Of a DNA stretch of 64,000 nt, positions 1 through 10,271 are shown in pieces. Source of the DNA: Deltaproteobacteria bacterium (GTDB lineage Bacteria; Myxococcota_A; UBA9160; JAJDAL01). The notes under the pieces were generated by a model. It was given only the letters and a program-made list of their open reading frames with translations, was not told where the DNA came from and did no database searches. The stretch lies in assembly GCA_029261875.1 (NCBI GenBank), contig JAJDAL010000059.1, forward strand, positions 4,115 to 68,114. Direction: 5' to 3'. A program made the position numbers and the translations under genes. Positions within the stretch are counted from its first letter, which is position 1; the number at the start of each line of letters is the position of its first letter.

Positions 1-570
1 AGCCTCGACAGCGGACAGACGACGTTCCTCGAAGCGCCGAAGCTCCGGATATCGGGCAATGTGAGTGGATCCGACGTGGAGATCTACGCGGAAGACGCTT
101 TCGTGACGCAGAGCGCGGTCTTGAACGCTGCGGGAAATCTGAACTTCAACGACATCGCCCGCTTCGAGATGAACGGTCGTCTCGACGCCGGCGGTGCCGT
201 GCAATTGATCGGCGGCGACCTACGGCTTCGCGGTCCCAGCAACGTGAAGGCCGAGGACCTGGTTTTCATTTCCGCTTCGGGCTTCCTGGATCTGCGCGGA
301 ACCATCGAAGACGGCGACGAGGTCGAGATCGAAGCCTCTGGGATGGAAACGGCACCCAAGGCGGCAATCGTTTCGAATTTCGGCGTATCGATCTCGGTCT
401 TGCGCCATTTCACCCACCGGGGTCGGATCGATCGCAATGTGGAAGTCGATATTCAGACGGATACCTACCGCTTGACGGGCCACCACGTCCTGAACGGAAG
501 CGATTGCGTGATCTCGGGAGTGCCCGCAGCCAATTCCCAGCCGGCGACGGGCTGCAGCGAGCAGCCGTAG
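1..570 (+). CDS. 3' part of a hypothetical protein, possibly beta-helix/haemagglutinin-like (runs off the window start)
   Basis: Frame 1 is open from base 1 (SLDSGQTTFLEAPKLRISGNV...). Repetitive beta-strand pattern (LNAAGNL, LDAGGAV, ISASGFL). Stop TAG at 568-570. Confidence 0.55.
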   Translation, partial: SLDSGQTTFLEAPKLRISGNVSGSDVEIYAEDAFVTQSAVLNAAGNLNFNDIARFEMNGRLDAGGAVQLIGGDLRLRGPSNVKAEDLVFISASGFLDLRGTIEDGDEVEIEASGMETAPKAAIVSNFGVSISVLRHFTHRGRIDRNVEVDIQTDTYRLTGHHVLNGSDCVISGVPAANSQPATGCSEQP

Positions 571-625
571 GCCGCGCGCGCCTCACGCGGTACGCTCTCC
601 TTCACAACACCTGGAGGGCGGCAGG

Positions 626-1492
626 ATGGGAATCCCGGATCTCAGCGGAAAAGTTTGCATGATCACCGGTGCCACCAGCGGTATCGGCAAGGCCGCCGCC
701 CTTGCGCTGGCCCCCATGGGGCCCGAACTCGTCCTGGTGGCGCGCGACCGCGAACGCGGCGAAGACACCGTGGATGAAGTCATGCGGGCCAGTGGGAACG
801 AGCAAATCGACTTGATGCTCGCGGACCTCTCCTCCCAACAACAGATTCGACAACTCGCCAAAGACTTCCTGGCCAGTGACCGCCCGTTGCACGTGCTGTT
901 CAACAATGCCGGCGCCCTATTGCGCAGTTTCCAAGAAACCGAGGACGGCATCGAGACGACCTTTGCGGTGAATCATCTCGCCTACTTCCTCCTGACCGAG
1001 CTCTTGTTGGATCGGCTGAAGGCCAGCGCCCCCGCGCGCATCGTCAGCACCGCGTCGGACGCCTACACGGCCGCGGGCGGTCGCCTCGATTTCGACGATC
1101 TCGAAAGTCGAAAACGCTATTGGCTGATGAAGGCCTACGGAAAATCGAAGCTCGAGAACATTCTGTTTACGCGGGAACTCGCCAAACGCCTCGAGGGGAG
1201 CGGTGTCACGGCCAATTGCTTTCATCCGGGATTCGTTGGAAGCAACTTCGCAGCCAACAATGGCTCCGTCGCAAAGCTCGCCATGCGCTTTCTCGGCTTG
1301 TTCAATCGCTCCGTGGAGAAGGGAGCCGAGACCGGCATCTACCTCTGCTCTTCGCCGGAGGTCGAGAACACCAGTGGCCTGTGCTTCTTCGACGGGAAGG
1401 AAATGCCCCTCAAGGATTTCGCCAAGAACGACGAGGACGCACGCCGCCTGTGGGACATCAGCGAGCAGATGACGGGGCTCGTCGCCTCCTAG
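626..1492 (+). CDS. SDR family oxidoreductase (retinol dehydrogenase-like)
   Basis: TGATSGIG, NNAG and YxxxK (YGKSK) motifs; GGAGG RBS. Confidence 0.93.
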   Translation: MGIPDLSGKVCMITGATSGIGKAAALALAPMGPELVLVARDRERGEDTVDEVMRASGNEQIDLMLADLSSQQQIRQLAKDFLASDRPLHVLFNNAGALLRSFQETEDGIETTFAVNHLAYFLLTELLLDRLKASAPARIVSTASDAYTAAGGRLDFDDLESRKRYWLMKAYGKSKLENILFTRELAKRLEGSGVTANCFHPGFVGSNFAANNGSVAKLAMRFLGLFNRSVEKGAETGIYLCSSPEVENTSGLCFFDGKEMPLKDFAKNDEDARRLWDISEQMTGLVAS

Positions 1493-4400
1493 GCGATTCC
1501 CCGACGCCGTAGCAGCATCGCACCGGCCCCCGCGAAGAGCAGCGCCAGAAGCGGAACGCCCCAGAACGGAACCAACGGCACCTGGAATCCCGGCACCGAG
1601 AACGGATCGTTGGGGTCCGAGCCCGCGGCCACCTCGACACCGTCGTCGAAACCGTCGCCGTCGGTGTCGGCGTTCGCGGGACTGGAACCGGTATTCGTGG
1701 GCGACACGAAGGTTCCCGTATCCGTCTCGTGGCCATCGAGCAAAGTGTCGAGGTCGCGATCGATGCCCAGGCGCTGCCCGGATCCCGGCGGTACGCAGGT
1801 GTAGGTCAGCGGACCTTCGCTGCTCGCCAAGGCGCGCAGCGGCGCATCGGCAATCAGATTATTGAGGTCGTCGCGGAATAGACCGCCGGATTCCCGCACC
1901 CAACCGCGCGGAACGCCTCCCACGGTACCCTTCACGATGAGGTCGCACTCGGTGACCGTCCCCCCCAACACGACGGACACGAATGCGGTGCCCGCGCGCG
2001 CGATCATCGTGTCGATGCGGCCCCCGACGGCGGCGCTGTTGGTCGCGGACAGGGTCACCTGCTGGCCCACGATCGGCGCCAGATCGGTCGGGAACGCCAG
2101 CATGAATTGCTCCATCTGGCGCCGCTTCACATCACCGCCACTGGGACCGTCGAAGCCAACACCGCCGGAGTTGTTGAATACCGTCGCGTTGAAGAAGCGG
2201 AACAAGGTGTCGATCGCACCGTCGTGCAGGAATCCATAACCGCGAATCTGATCGCCCAGATGCGCGTTGTTGCCCGATTGAATGAAGGGCGTGTTCGGCA
2301 TCCCGAACATGCCAATCTTCTGGTAGGCGTTGCGGAGGTGGGGAATCTTCACGATCTGGGTTTCGTTCTCGAAGCTCGCGCGCTCTCCGCTCCCGAAGAA
2401 TCCCTGACTCGCGTCGAGGACATGGCAACCGTTGCAGGTGAAACCCAGGTTCGGGAGATTGACACCGTCGGATTTTCGCGTGCCGAGATAGAAATCCGAC
2501 CCACCCTGCTGATCGACGGTGAGCGAATTATCCAGGTTCGCCACGGGATTCGGCGGCAGCAGAATCTGCAACGCGAAATCCGTGAACTTCTGCATGTCCC
2601 CGGAACTGATGGGAGTAGCGCGGCCCACGAGCCCCTCGAACGCCACGATGAAGTTGTTGAAGGAAAGCTCCTCGTCCGTGGCGCTCACGCCAAAGAATCC
2701 ATTGGCGCGGTCGCCGCGCCAATGCATGGCCCCACTCGTCACCATTCCGCGCAGGGTCTGGGTCGTCATGGGACCCTTCATGGGATGGAATTCCGCGATG
2801 CCGGCGCCGCCGTTCACCTCCGAGCCGGCCCCGATCGCGAGGTTGATGGGAATCGGGTTGCTCGTGACTTCGTCGTCAGGGTTGCCGAGATCCCAAGCCA
2901 GGTGGTCCATGTCGCCGAAGATGTGGCAGCTCGAGCACGAGGCCTCGCCGTTGGCCGATGTCTCGAAGGCGTCGTAGAGGAACGGACGCCCTTCGACGAC
3001 CGAATCGGGCTCCGGATTGTGGAGCGACAGGTGCGCCTCTTCGAGCCCCGTCGTCGTGCTCAGGACGGAGACCGAGTTGTCGAAGCGGGTCAGCACGTAG
3101 AGGCGGTTGTTCGTCTCATCCAAGACGAGACCGCTGGGGCCACCCCCGCTGACGGAAAGGTAGTTGGCGCTCTCGGTGGTGGGGTCGAAGGTATTGTTCT
3201 CGAGTGTGTTGGTGCTGAAGACGCCGACCTGGGCCGACCCGAACGCCGTGACGTAGAGCGTCTGCCCCAACGAATCGATCGCCATTCCCAACGGCGTGGC
3301 CAAACTGTGATCGCGCGCCGAGGCATCGAAGCCCACGTCGTTCGCCAGCGTGTTGTAATCGATGTGCTTGTTGAGGTGGCGCACGTTGACCGCGGAACCC
3401 GTCGTGCCCGGCACATCGATCACCGTGACCCGCGATTCCGCGAGGTGCCCCTGCACCGTGCTCCCCGCAAAGGTACCGGGTCCCTCGAATCGGACTTCGT
3501 TGATCGATTCCGTGTTCGAGACGTAGAGCTTGCCGGAAACGGGATTCTCGATCATGTTGAAGAGCGTGGTCCCGACGCCCGTGTGGACCGCGGTTTCGTT
3601 CAACGTGTCGGCGTCGATGGCAAAGACATCTTCATCCGGAAGATCGAAGCGCACGCCGTTGTTCCAATTGCGCCCGAGTTCATCTTCCCATTTTCCGGTC
3701 GCGTTGTTGAACTTGACGATGAGTCCGACTTCCGGCGCGTCCACCCCGTCGTGGTCCGTGGCGGGGCCCGGATTTCCGCCCGGTAGGTTTCCACCCGCCA
3801 ATCCGCCCGGCGACGTGATGCCGTCACCCGAACACGCGGACAGGCCAAAGCCGTTGCAAACGACCTCCTCGCCGACCACGGTCGTTTGGTTCCCGGAGTT
3901 GAAGACCGCCGCGTAGACGGTGTCGCCTCCGTCACCCACCGCCAACGCGCGCGGGGTGTCTCCAAACAGCTCGATGATCTTGAGGGGCGTTCCGCCGATG
4001 GTGGTTCCCAGGCTGGTGGCGTCGAATACCCAGACATCCGCGCGACCGATGCCCTCGTCGAGAAATTCCGGATCTCCAGCGCCCGCGACCGCGCTAATGG
4101 AAGAGTGGGTGCGGTGCTGACCGCGGTGGGCAGTGGTGATGAAGGCGCGGTTGCCACCGGTTCCGGCGAATACAATGTCGCGCGGCTCATCGCCGGTGAG
4201 AAGCGTACGGATCACCTGCGGTGTCCCGGACAAGTCCACGATGCTGATGGAGTCCGATAGGTGATTCACCACCCAGACTTCGGTGTTGGTGCGCGCGGCG
4301 ACCGAGACGGGTTCCATCCCGACCGGAACCGAGCCCGTGTGGAGCAGTCCGCCGGCGCCAACGGAGAAGATCTCCAACCGGTTATCGGGCGTATTGACCG

Positions 4401-4551
4401 CGAAAAGGCTGTTTCCATCCGGGGAAAGCGCGATAGGCCGGACTTGGCCACTTTCGAAGGTGACGAATGAGGTCTGTGCCGTAGACACCCCAGTCCACAG
4501 GGAAATCAGGAATACCGCACCCAGAACTTTCGCCGCAGAGCACCACCGCAT
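1489..4551 (-). CDS. Secreted YncE/YVTN beta-propeller fused to a dihaem cytochrome c (peroxidase-like) domain, with a C-terminal membrane-anchor/sorting tail
   Basis: Signal peptide after ATG 4551 (GGAGG RBS); propeller repeats (VNTPDNRLEIF, VWVVNHLSDSISIVD); two CxxCH motifs (CSSCH, CNGCH); DTDGDGFDDG Ca-type repeat; VPLVPFWG+TM+RRR tail. Confidence 0.8.
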   Translation of the reverse strand: MRWCSAAKVLGAVFLISLWTGVSTAQTSFVTFESGQVRPIALSPDGNSLFAVNTPDNRLEIFSVGAGGLLHTGSVPVGMEPVSVAARTNTEVWVVNHLSDSISIVDLSGTPQVIRTLLTGDEPRDIVFAGTGGNRAFITTAHRGQHRTHSSISAVAGAGDPEFLDEGIGRADVWVFDATSLGTTIGGTPLKIIELFGDTPRALAVGDGGDTVYAAVFNSGNQTTVVGEEVVCNGFGLSACSGDGITSPGGLAGGNLPGGNPGPATDHDGVDAPEVGLIVKFNNATGKWEDELGRNWNNGVRFDLPDEDVFAIDADTLNETAVHTGVGTTLFNMIENPVSGKLYVSNTESINEVRFEGPGTFAGSTVQGHLAESRVTVIDVPGTTGSAVNVRHLNKHIDYNTLANDVGFDASARDHSLATPLGMAIDSLGQTLYVTAFGSAQVGVFSTNTLENNTFDPTTESANYLSVSGGGPSGLVLDETNNRLYVLTRFDNSVSVLSTTTGLEEAHLSLHNPEPDSVVEGRPFLYDAFETSANGEASCSSCHIFGDMDHLAWDLGNPDDEVTSNPIPINLAIGAGSEVNGGAGIAEFHPMKGPMTTQTLRGMVTSGAMHWRGDRANGFFGVSATDEELSFNNFIVAFEGLVGRATPISSGDMQKFTDFALQILLPPNPVANLDNSLTVDQQGGSDFYLGTRKSDGVNLPNLGFTCNGCHVLDASQGFFGSGERASFENETQIVKIPHLRNAYQKIGMFGMPNTPFIQSGNNAHLGDQIRGYGFLHDGAIDTLFRFFNATVFNNSGGVGFDGPSGGDVKRRQMEQFMLAFPTDLAPIVGQQVTLSATNSAAVGGRIDTMIARAGTAFVSVVLGGTVTECDLIVKGTVGGVPRGWVRESGGLFRDDLNNLIADAPLRALASSEGPLTYTCVPPGSGQRLGIDRDLDTLLDGHETDTGTFVSPTNTGSSPANADTDGDGFDDGVEVAAGSDPNDPFSVPGFQVPLVPFWGVPLLALLFAGAGAMLLRRRGIA

Positions 4552-4688
4552 GAGCACCTCCATCCCGTCTAATGAGGGACGCCCATTATGACGGCTGGTA
4601 ACTTCCGCGAGAAGCGCCTTTTTCAACTGTTTCGAACCCGTTGTGCGGCCTTGGGCTGCCTCCTAGGCTTCGCGGCCAGGAGGACCCA

Positions 4689-5054
4689 ATGAGCGAAAGA
4701 CGGGACCGGGGCGCAAAGATGATGACCGAGGTCTATGGGGGCGATGTCGCGGTGCCGCCCGAGGGTGCCAGCCCGTTCGCGGATATCATGCTCGAACAAC
4801 TCTTCGCCGAGGTGTGGACCCGCGAGGCCCTACCGGTTCGGGACCGGCGCCTGCTCATCATGGGCGTGATCGCGGCGCACGGAGAAGCGACGACGTGGCA
4901 GATCCAGGTGCGCGCCGCCATCAAGAACGGAGAGCTGACGCCGGAGCAAGTCCGCGAAGCGCTGATTCACCTGGCCCAATACGCGGGCTACCCGCGGGCG
5001 GCCGGATTGATCGGCCCAACGGAAAAAGTGCTGGCCGAATTCAAGGACGCCTAA
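4689..5054 (+). CDS. Carboxymuconolactone decarboxylase (CMD/AhpD) family protein
   Basis: FAEVWTR..L..RDRRLL and HLAQYAGYP motifs; AGGAGG RBS before ATG 4689. Confidence 0.88.
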   Translation: MSERRDRGAKMMTEVYGGDVAVPPEGASPFADIMLEQLFAEVWTREALPVRDRRLLIMGVIAAHGEATTWQIQVRAAIKNGELTPEQVREALIHLAQYAGYPRAAGLIGPTEKVLAEFKDA

Positions 5055-5096
5055 CAACGACGAATCGCTTCGCTTCGTCGAAGCTATGCGCTTCGC

Positions 5097-5906
5097 TTAG
5101 TCAAGATAGAGTCCGCCGTTGGCCTGCAGGACTTCGCCGGTGATGTAGCCGGAGATCTGCGGATCGGCGAGCGCACAAACCACGTTGGCGATGTCCGACG
5201 GCTCCGCGACCCGACCCACCAGAGTCGCGGCCCCCATGGCCTTGACCCCGGCATCCCCGACCGCTGCCAGCATGGCGGTGTTGACGGGTCCCGGCGCCAC
5301 CGCATTGACGCGCGCGCGATAGCTCGAAAACTCCCGCGCCGTGGTCTTGGTGACGGATTCGATGGCGCCCTTGGCGGCGGTGTAATCGATTTGTCCGATG
5401 TTTCCGTTGCGCGCACTGACCGATGAGAAATTCACGATGAAGCGGTTCACGCCGTCCGCGAGCGGCTGATTCCCATTCTCTTTGAAGAGCGGGTGCCAAT
5501 GTTGCGCCGCCACCTCGCGCGTAAACAGAAACGTTCCATACAGATGAACCGCCAAGACGGCCTTGAAATCGTCGAAGGATTTCTTGGCGATCCGCGCATC
5601 GCGCGTGATGCCCGCAACGTTCACGACACCGTTGATGGCACCCGTCGCCTCGAGGGCGCTCGCCACGGCGGCCTTCACGTCGTCTTCCTGAGCTACGTTG
5701 CCCGCCGCCACCAGGGGCTCCACGGCGGAAACCTTCGCGATCTCGGCCTTCGCTTCTTCGAGCTTGCCCGCGTCGAGGTCCACCAACACCACCTGGGCGC
5801 CGTGCTCCGCCAACGCCGTCGCAACCGCGTTTCCGATGCCCTGGGCGGCTCCGGTCACGATGTGGGTTTCGCCTTCGAATGCTCCCTCGCGCAATACACG
5901 GGCCAT
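5097..5906 (-). CDS. SDR oxidoreductase, 3-oxoacyl-ACP/CoA reductase-like
   Basis: TGAAQGIG, NVAGITRD, GNIGQIDYTAAK and NAVAPG motifs; AAGGAG RBS before ATG 5906. Confidence 0.9.
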   Translation of the reverse strand: MARVLREGAFEGETHIVTGAAQGIGNAVATALAEHGAQVVLVDLDAGKLEEAKAEIAKVSAVEPLVAAGNVAQEDDVKAAVASALEATGAINGVVNVAGITRDARIAKKSFDDFKAVLAVHLYGTFLFTREVAAQHWHPLFKENGNQPLADGVNRFIVNFSSVSARNGNIGQIDYTAAKGAIESVTKTTAREFSSYRARVNAVAPGPVNTAMLAAVGDAGVKAMGAATLVGRVAEPSDIANVVCALADPQISGYITGEVLQANGGLYLD

Positions 5907-6028
5907 GGCTTTGCTCTCCTTCGCTGACGTTCGGGCGCGCGAATATGGCAGGGAATGCTGGGCGCCGCACATTGCGTGTCCTGACCGCCGCCTCGATCGG
6001 CGCCGGAAGAAAACGAATAACGACACCT

Positions 6029-6087
6029 CAAGCCACTGATTTTGAATGGTTTTCGTGGATCGCGGCCGGGCTGGCACGAGCGCTGCA
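6029..6087 (+). promoter_or_regulatory. Sigma54 promoter with an upstream IHF-like site
   Basis: TGGCACGAGCGCTGCA at 6072-6087 (GG-N10-GC). Reverse complement of 6029-6041 is AATCAGTGGCTTG, matching WATCAR-N4-TTR. Confidence 0.65.
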
Positions 6088-6124
6088 ATCGCTAGCGCAT
6101 CCATCCACTCGAAAGGGAAATGCC

Positions 6125-6859
6125 ATGCACAGCGAAATCCACCTCGACCGAAGCGACGATTCCACCGCCCCCCCGAACCCCGGCGTCATCGGCTGGCTCG
6201 CCAGCGAACTCGGCCAGACCTGGGCGCAGTTCGAGGCCGAGTTGTCGCGTCTGCCGGTGATTGCGCGCCTGGAGCGCGGCGAACTCGAACTCGACGATTA
6301 CCGCGCCATTCTGTTCGCACTGCGCCAGCAAGTGGTCGACGGTTCGCGCTGGATTACCCGCGCGGCGTCCAACATGACCCAGGACGCGGCGGAGTTGCGG
6401 TCGTTCATCGTGCGCCACGCGACCCAGGAGCACCGCGATTTCGAACTTCTGGAACGCGACTACGCATCGGTGGGGGGCGATTTCGGTTCGATTCGCAACG
6501 GTACGCCGAACGTCGGTAGCGAGGCCCTCTCGGCCTGGATGTTCCATCGCGCGAGCCAGGAAAACCCCCTGGCCCTGCTCGGCGCCCTGTTCATCATCGA
6601 GGGGCTCGGCTCTCGCATCGGACGACGTTGGGGCGAATCGATCCGAGACCAGCTCGGCCTCGATGAATCTCAGGTTTCGTTCTTCCTCCACCGGGGTCGA
6701 AGTGACGAAGCGCACCTCGAGCGACTGCGGGTGGTGCTCCATTCCGGCGTCATCGACGAGACCATGGCCCGAGAAATCGTTCGCACCGCCCGGGTCACCG
6801 CACGCCTCTACGCCCTCCAATTCGAAGAGATCGGACGAGGACGTGGATCGGGTGTATAA
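6125..6859 (+). CDS. Haem-oxygenase-like (PqqC/CADD-type) iron-containing redox family protein
   Basis: LRQQVVDGSRWITRAAS, HATQEHRD, LGALFIIEGLG and D-x2-H motifs in an all-helical composition. Confidence 0.75.
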   Translation: MHSEIHLDRSDDSTAPPNPGVIGWLASELGQTWAQFEAELSRLPVIARLERGELELDDYRAILFALRQQVVDGSRWITRAASNMTQDAAELRSFIVRHATQEHRDFELLERDYASVGGDFGSIRNGTPNVGSEALSAWMFHRASQENPLALLGALFIIEGLGSRIGRRWGESIRDQLGLDESQVSFFLHRGRSDEAHLERLRVVLHSGVIDETMAREIVRTARVTARLYALQFEEIGRGRGSGV

Positions 6860-6888
6860 GTAGGGGCCCGAAAAACAGGGAGTTCGCC

Positions 6889-8598
6889 GTGGTCCTGCTC
6901 AACCCCAAGCATCTCACCAAGCCCTACGCGGACGAGCGCTCGTCCGAGGTCATGCGCAAGACCGTCGAGTTCTTCGAGTCCAAGGGCAAGAACCGCCTGA
7001 AGCACGACTACCACGCCCAGGAATGGTACGGCGATTTCCTCGCGTTCGTCGAGCGGGAGCGCATCTTTTCCACGCTGTGCACTCCCGCCGGTTTCGGCGC
7101 CGCGGATTCGCGTTGGGACACCTGGCGCATTTGCGAATTCGCAGAAATCCTGGGCTTCTACGGACTCCAATACTGGTACACCTGGCAGGTCAGCGTACTC
7201 GGGCTCGGCCCGATTTGGATGAGTGAGAACGAAGGCCTGAAACAGCGCACTGCGAAGCTGCTCGAGGAAGGTGGCATCTTCGCCTTCGGCTTGTCGGAAA
7301 AGGAACACGGAGCCGACATCTATTCCACGGACATGATCCTCACCCCGGGCGAACAGCCGGGCCAATATCGCGCCAACGGACGCAAGTACTACATCGGCAA
7401 CGGCAACAAAGCCGCGATCGTCTCCACCTTTGGCAAGTTCGCCGGCGTCAAGGGCAAGGACGATTACGTGTTCTTCGCCGTCGATCCGAAGCACGAATCC
7501 TACGAGTTGGTGAAGAACGTCGTGGCGAGCCAGAACTACGTCTCCGAGTACGCACTCAACGACTATCCCATTACCGAAGACGACATCCTCGCCGTGGGCG
7601 AGGACGCCTGGAACAACGCCCTCAACACCGTGAACGTCGGAAAATTCAATCTCGGCTGGGCGAGCATCGGCATGTGCACCCATGCGCTCTACGAAGCCAT
7701 CCACCACGCCGCAAACCGCCGCCTGTACGGGATGGCGGTGACGGACATGGACCACGTGCGGCGCATGTTCCTCGACGCACACGCGCGCCTTTCGGCCATG
7801 AAGCTCTTCGCCCTGCGCGCGGCGGATTACATGCGCGCGGCAACGCCGGACGACCGCCGCTACCTCCTCTATAACCCGATGGTGAAGATGAAGGTCACGA
7901 CCCAGGGCGAAGACGTCATCAACCTGATGTGGGACGCCATCGCAGCCAAAGGCTTCGAGAAAGACATGTATTTCGAACAGGCGGCGGTCGACATCCGCGC
8001 CTTGCCCAAGCTCGAAGGCACGGTCCACGTCAACATCGCGTTGATCGTGAAATTCATGCCGAACTACTTCTTCAACCCCGAGGAAAGAGACATCGTCGCG
8101 CGCCGCGACGACCCGGTGAACGACGACTTCCTGTTCGACCAGGGCGCCACGCGCGGCCTCGGCGCGATCCGCTTCCACGACTACCGCAAGACCCTTGCAG
8201 AATGGGACCTGCCCAACGTCGTGCGCTTCAGCGAGCAAGTGGAGGTGTTCCGCGAGATGCTCGAAACCGCACCGCCCGGCGACAAGCAAGCCAACGATGT
8301 GGACTTCCTGTTGTCGTGCGGCGAAATCTTCGCACTCGTGGTCTACGCCCAACTGATCCTCGAGAACGCGCGAATCTACGAAATCGACGCGGGACTCGTG
8401 GACCAGATCTTCGACGTCTTGATCCGTGACTTGTCACGTCATGCGGTGGAACTCCACGGCAAGCAGGCGAGCAACGCCACGCAAATGGAATTTGCGCTGC
8501 GCATGGTTCGCAAACCCGTCGCCGACGCGAAGCGCGACGATCGCATCTGGAACGAATGCGTGCTGCCCCTCAAAGACGCCTACGCGATGAACCCCTGA
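6889..8598 (+). CDS. Acyl-CoA dehydrogenase
   Basis: FAFGLSEKEHGAD, NGRKYYIGN and LPKLEGTVHVN motifs. Confidence 0.92.
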   Translation: MVLLNPKHLTKPYADERSSEVMRKTVEFFESKGKNRLKHDYHAQEWYGDFLAFVERERIFSTLCTPAGFGAADSRWDTWRICEFAEILGFYGLQYWYTWQVSVLGLGPIWMSENEGLKQRTAKLLEEGGIFAFGLSEKEHGADIYSTDMILTPGEQPGQYRANGRKYYIGNGNKAAIVSTFGKFAGVKGKDDYVFFAVDPKHESYELVKNVVASQNYVSEYALNDYPITEDDILAVGEDAWNNALNTVNVGKFNLGWASIGMCTHALYEAIHHAANRRLYGMAVTDMDHVRRMFLDAHARLSAMKLFALRAADYMRAATPDDRRYLLYNPMVKMKVTTQGEDVINLMWDAIAAKGFEKDMYFEQAAVDIRALPKLEGTVHVNIALIVKFMPNYFFNPEERDIVARRDDPVNDDFLFDQGATRGLGAIRFHDYRKTLAEWDLPNVVRFSEQVEVFREMLETAPPGDKQANDVDFLLSCGEIFALVVYAQLILENARIYEIDAGLVDQIFDVLIRDLSRHAVELHGKQASNATQMEFALRMVRKPVADAKRDDRIWNECVLPLKDAYAMNP

Positions 8599-9382
8599 TT
8601 CGGCGCACGCCGGCGAGCCCCAAGAGCGCGCTGGCGAGCATCGCCCAGGCTCCCGGTTCCGGAACGTAGCTGCGGTCGAGCTCCGCGCCGATCCAGGTGT
8701 TGTAGACGACCGCCTGTGCGTCGAAGTTCGCCAGGATGTCGTCCTCTGGATTCTCGGGCGTGAGGTTGTCTCCCGAAAACCGCGTCGCCCGCCCGCTTGG
8801 TCCGTTCGCAATGGACCAAAGCGGCAGTGGCCGATCCTTGGGGGAGCCATCTTCGCAGCGTGGCCAGCCCCCGGGAGGCGCGGCCAGGGAGCAGATCAAG
8901 GCGTTCCCAAAACAATCCGTGCACCCGAGGGTCGAGGATTGATAGGGCAGCGCCGGGTTCCACTTGACCCGGTTCGCCGCAAGCGTGCCCGTCGATCCGC
9001 GCGCCATGCTGACCGATAGATCGCTGTGGGTCGTGGAAACGCCGACCGCCAGCACCTCGAAGACCTGTCGCATTTCGGCTCGAATCAATTCGACCGGACC
9101 GTCGACGATGGACTGGGTGTCGGGATCCGCGCTGTACTCCACCTCGACGATCTGCGGGGTATCGGTGATCACAATGGCACCGTCGGAGCCTTCGTTTTCG
9201 ACGCACATGTCGAACACCTGATTTCCCAGACCGCTTTCGGTTCCGGTGATGGCCTGGACGAAGCGTCCGCCATCGGTGCATTCGAGACTGTAGGTAACAA
9301 CCACTTTAGGCGGATCGAGGGCCTCCGCCGGACTTCCCATGAACGCCACACTGAGCGCCATGAGCCATCGATTCCATCGCAT
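8570..9382 (-). CDS. PEP-CTERM secreted protein, paralog 4 (most downstream)
   Basis: Signal peptide AEA|LDPPKVV; C-terminus YVPEPGAWAMLASALLGLAGVRRIR. Confidence 0.85.
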   Translation of the reverse strand: MRWNRWLMALSVAFMGSPAEALDPPKVVVTYSLECTDGGRFVQAITGTESGLGNQVFDMCVENEGSDGAIVITDTPQIVEVEYSADPDTQSIVDGPVELIRAEMRQVFEVLAVGVSTTHSDLSVSMARGSTGTLAANRVKWNPALPYQSSTLGCTDCFGNALICSLAAPPGGWPRCEDGSPKDRPLPLWSIANGPSGRATRFSGDNLTPENPEDDILANFDAQAVVYNTWIGAELDRSYVPEPGAWAMLASALLGLAGVRRIRGSSRRRL

Positions 9383-10253
9383 GTTTCTCTCCCTGGGCAA
9401 GGGTCGCACCCAAGGGCTTCGGAACACTTCGAAATTTTGTTCGGGACGATCGCAACCGACGGATCCCCAGCAAGCCGGCCAGGGCGGAAGCGAGTAGCGC
9501 CCCTTCGCCGGACTCCGGGACGAAGGTGCGGCGGGTCTCGACACCGATCCAGGTCGAGTAGGTGGTCGCCTGCGCGTCCATACTGGCCAGGATATCGTCG
9601 GTGGGATCTTCGGGCGTCAGGTTGTCGGCCGCGAAGCCCGTGGCGCGGCCCAACGGACCATCGGTGATGCCCCAAAGCGGAAGCGGCCGGTCCAACGGGA
9701 TGTCGGGCTCGCAGCGCGGCCAACCACCGGGTGGCGCGGCCAGGGAGCAGATCACCGGGCTCCCGAAACAATCCGTACAGCCGAGCGTCAAGGATTGGAA
9801 CGGGACGCTGTTGTCCCAGGTCACCACGTTGCCCGCCAGGGTTCCGATCGCGCCTCGAACTGCGACGGAGGTGAGATCGGAATGGGTCGTCGCGGCGCCG
9901 CCGATGGCGAAGACCTCGAAGACCTGGCGCGTTTCCGAATCGACGAGTTCCACGGGACCGTCGACGATTTCCTGGGTGATGGGGTCGGCGGTGTACTCGA
10001 CGGTTCCCACCTGTGGCGTATCGGTCAGGACATCGGCGTCTTCGGATCGATCGTCCGCAACGCAGACGTGAAACGTCTGGTTCCCCAATCCCAGGGGCGT
10101 GTCGGTCACGATCTGGATGTAGGCTCCGCCCTGGTCGCATTCCAGGCTGTATTCGATCACGACTTTGGGCGGGTCGAGAGCCCGCGCCTCCGAAGGTGCG
10201 AGGAAGACGATCGGCAGGACGGCCGTCGACGTAAATGAGATCGACCGAAGCAA
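9306..10253 (-). CDS. PEP-CTERM-like secreted protein, paralog 3 (VPES variant with extended tail)
   Basis: Same LDPPKVV...ICSLAAPPGGWPRCE core; FVPESG+TM+RR followed by ~45 extra residues; TTG start uncertain. Confidence 0.75.
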   Translation of the reverse strand: MLRSISFTSTAVLPIVFLAPSEARALDPPKVVIEYSLECDQGGAYIQIVTDTPLGLGNQTFHVCVADDRSEDADVLTDTPQVGTVEYTADPITQEIVDGPVELVDSETRQVFEVFAIGGAATTHSDLTSVAVRGAIGTLAGNVVTWDNSVPFQSLTLGCTDCFGSPVICSLAAPPGGWPRCEPDIPLDRPLPLWGITDGPLGRATGFAADNLTPEDPTDDILASMDAQATTYSTWIGVETRRTFVPESGEGALLASALAGLLGIRRLRSSRTKFRSVPKPLGATLAQGEKHAMESMAHGAQCGVHGKSGGGPRSA

Positions 10254-10271
10254 GACGAACCCCGTCGCGCC

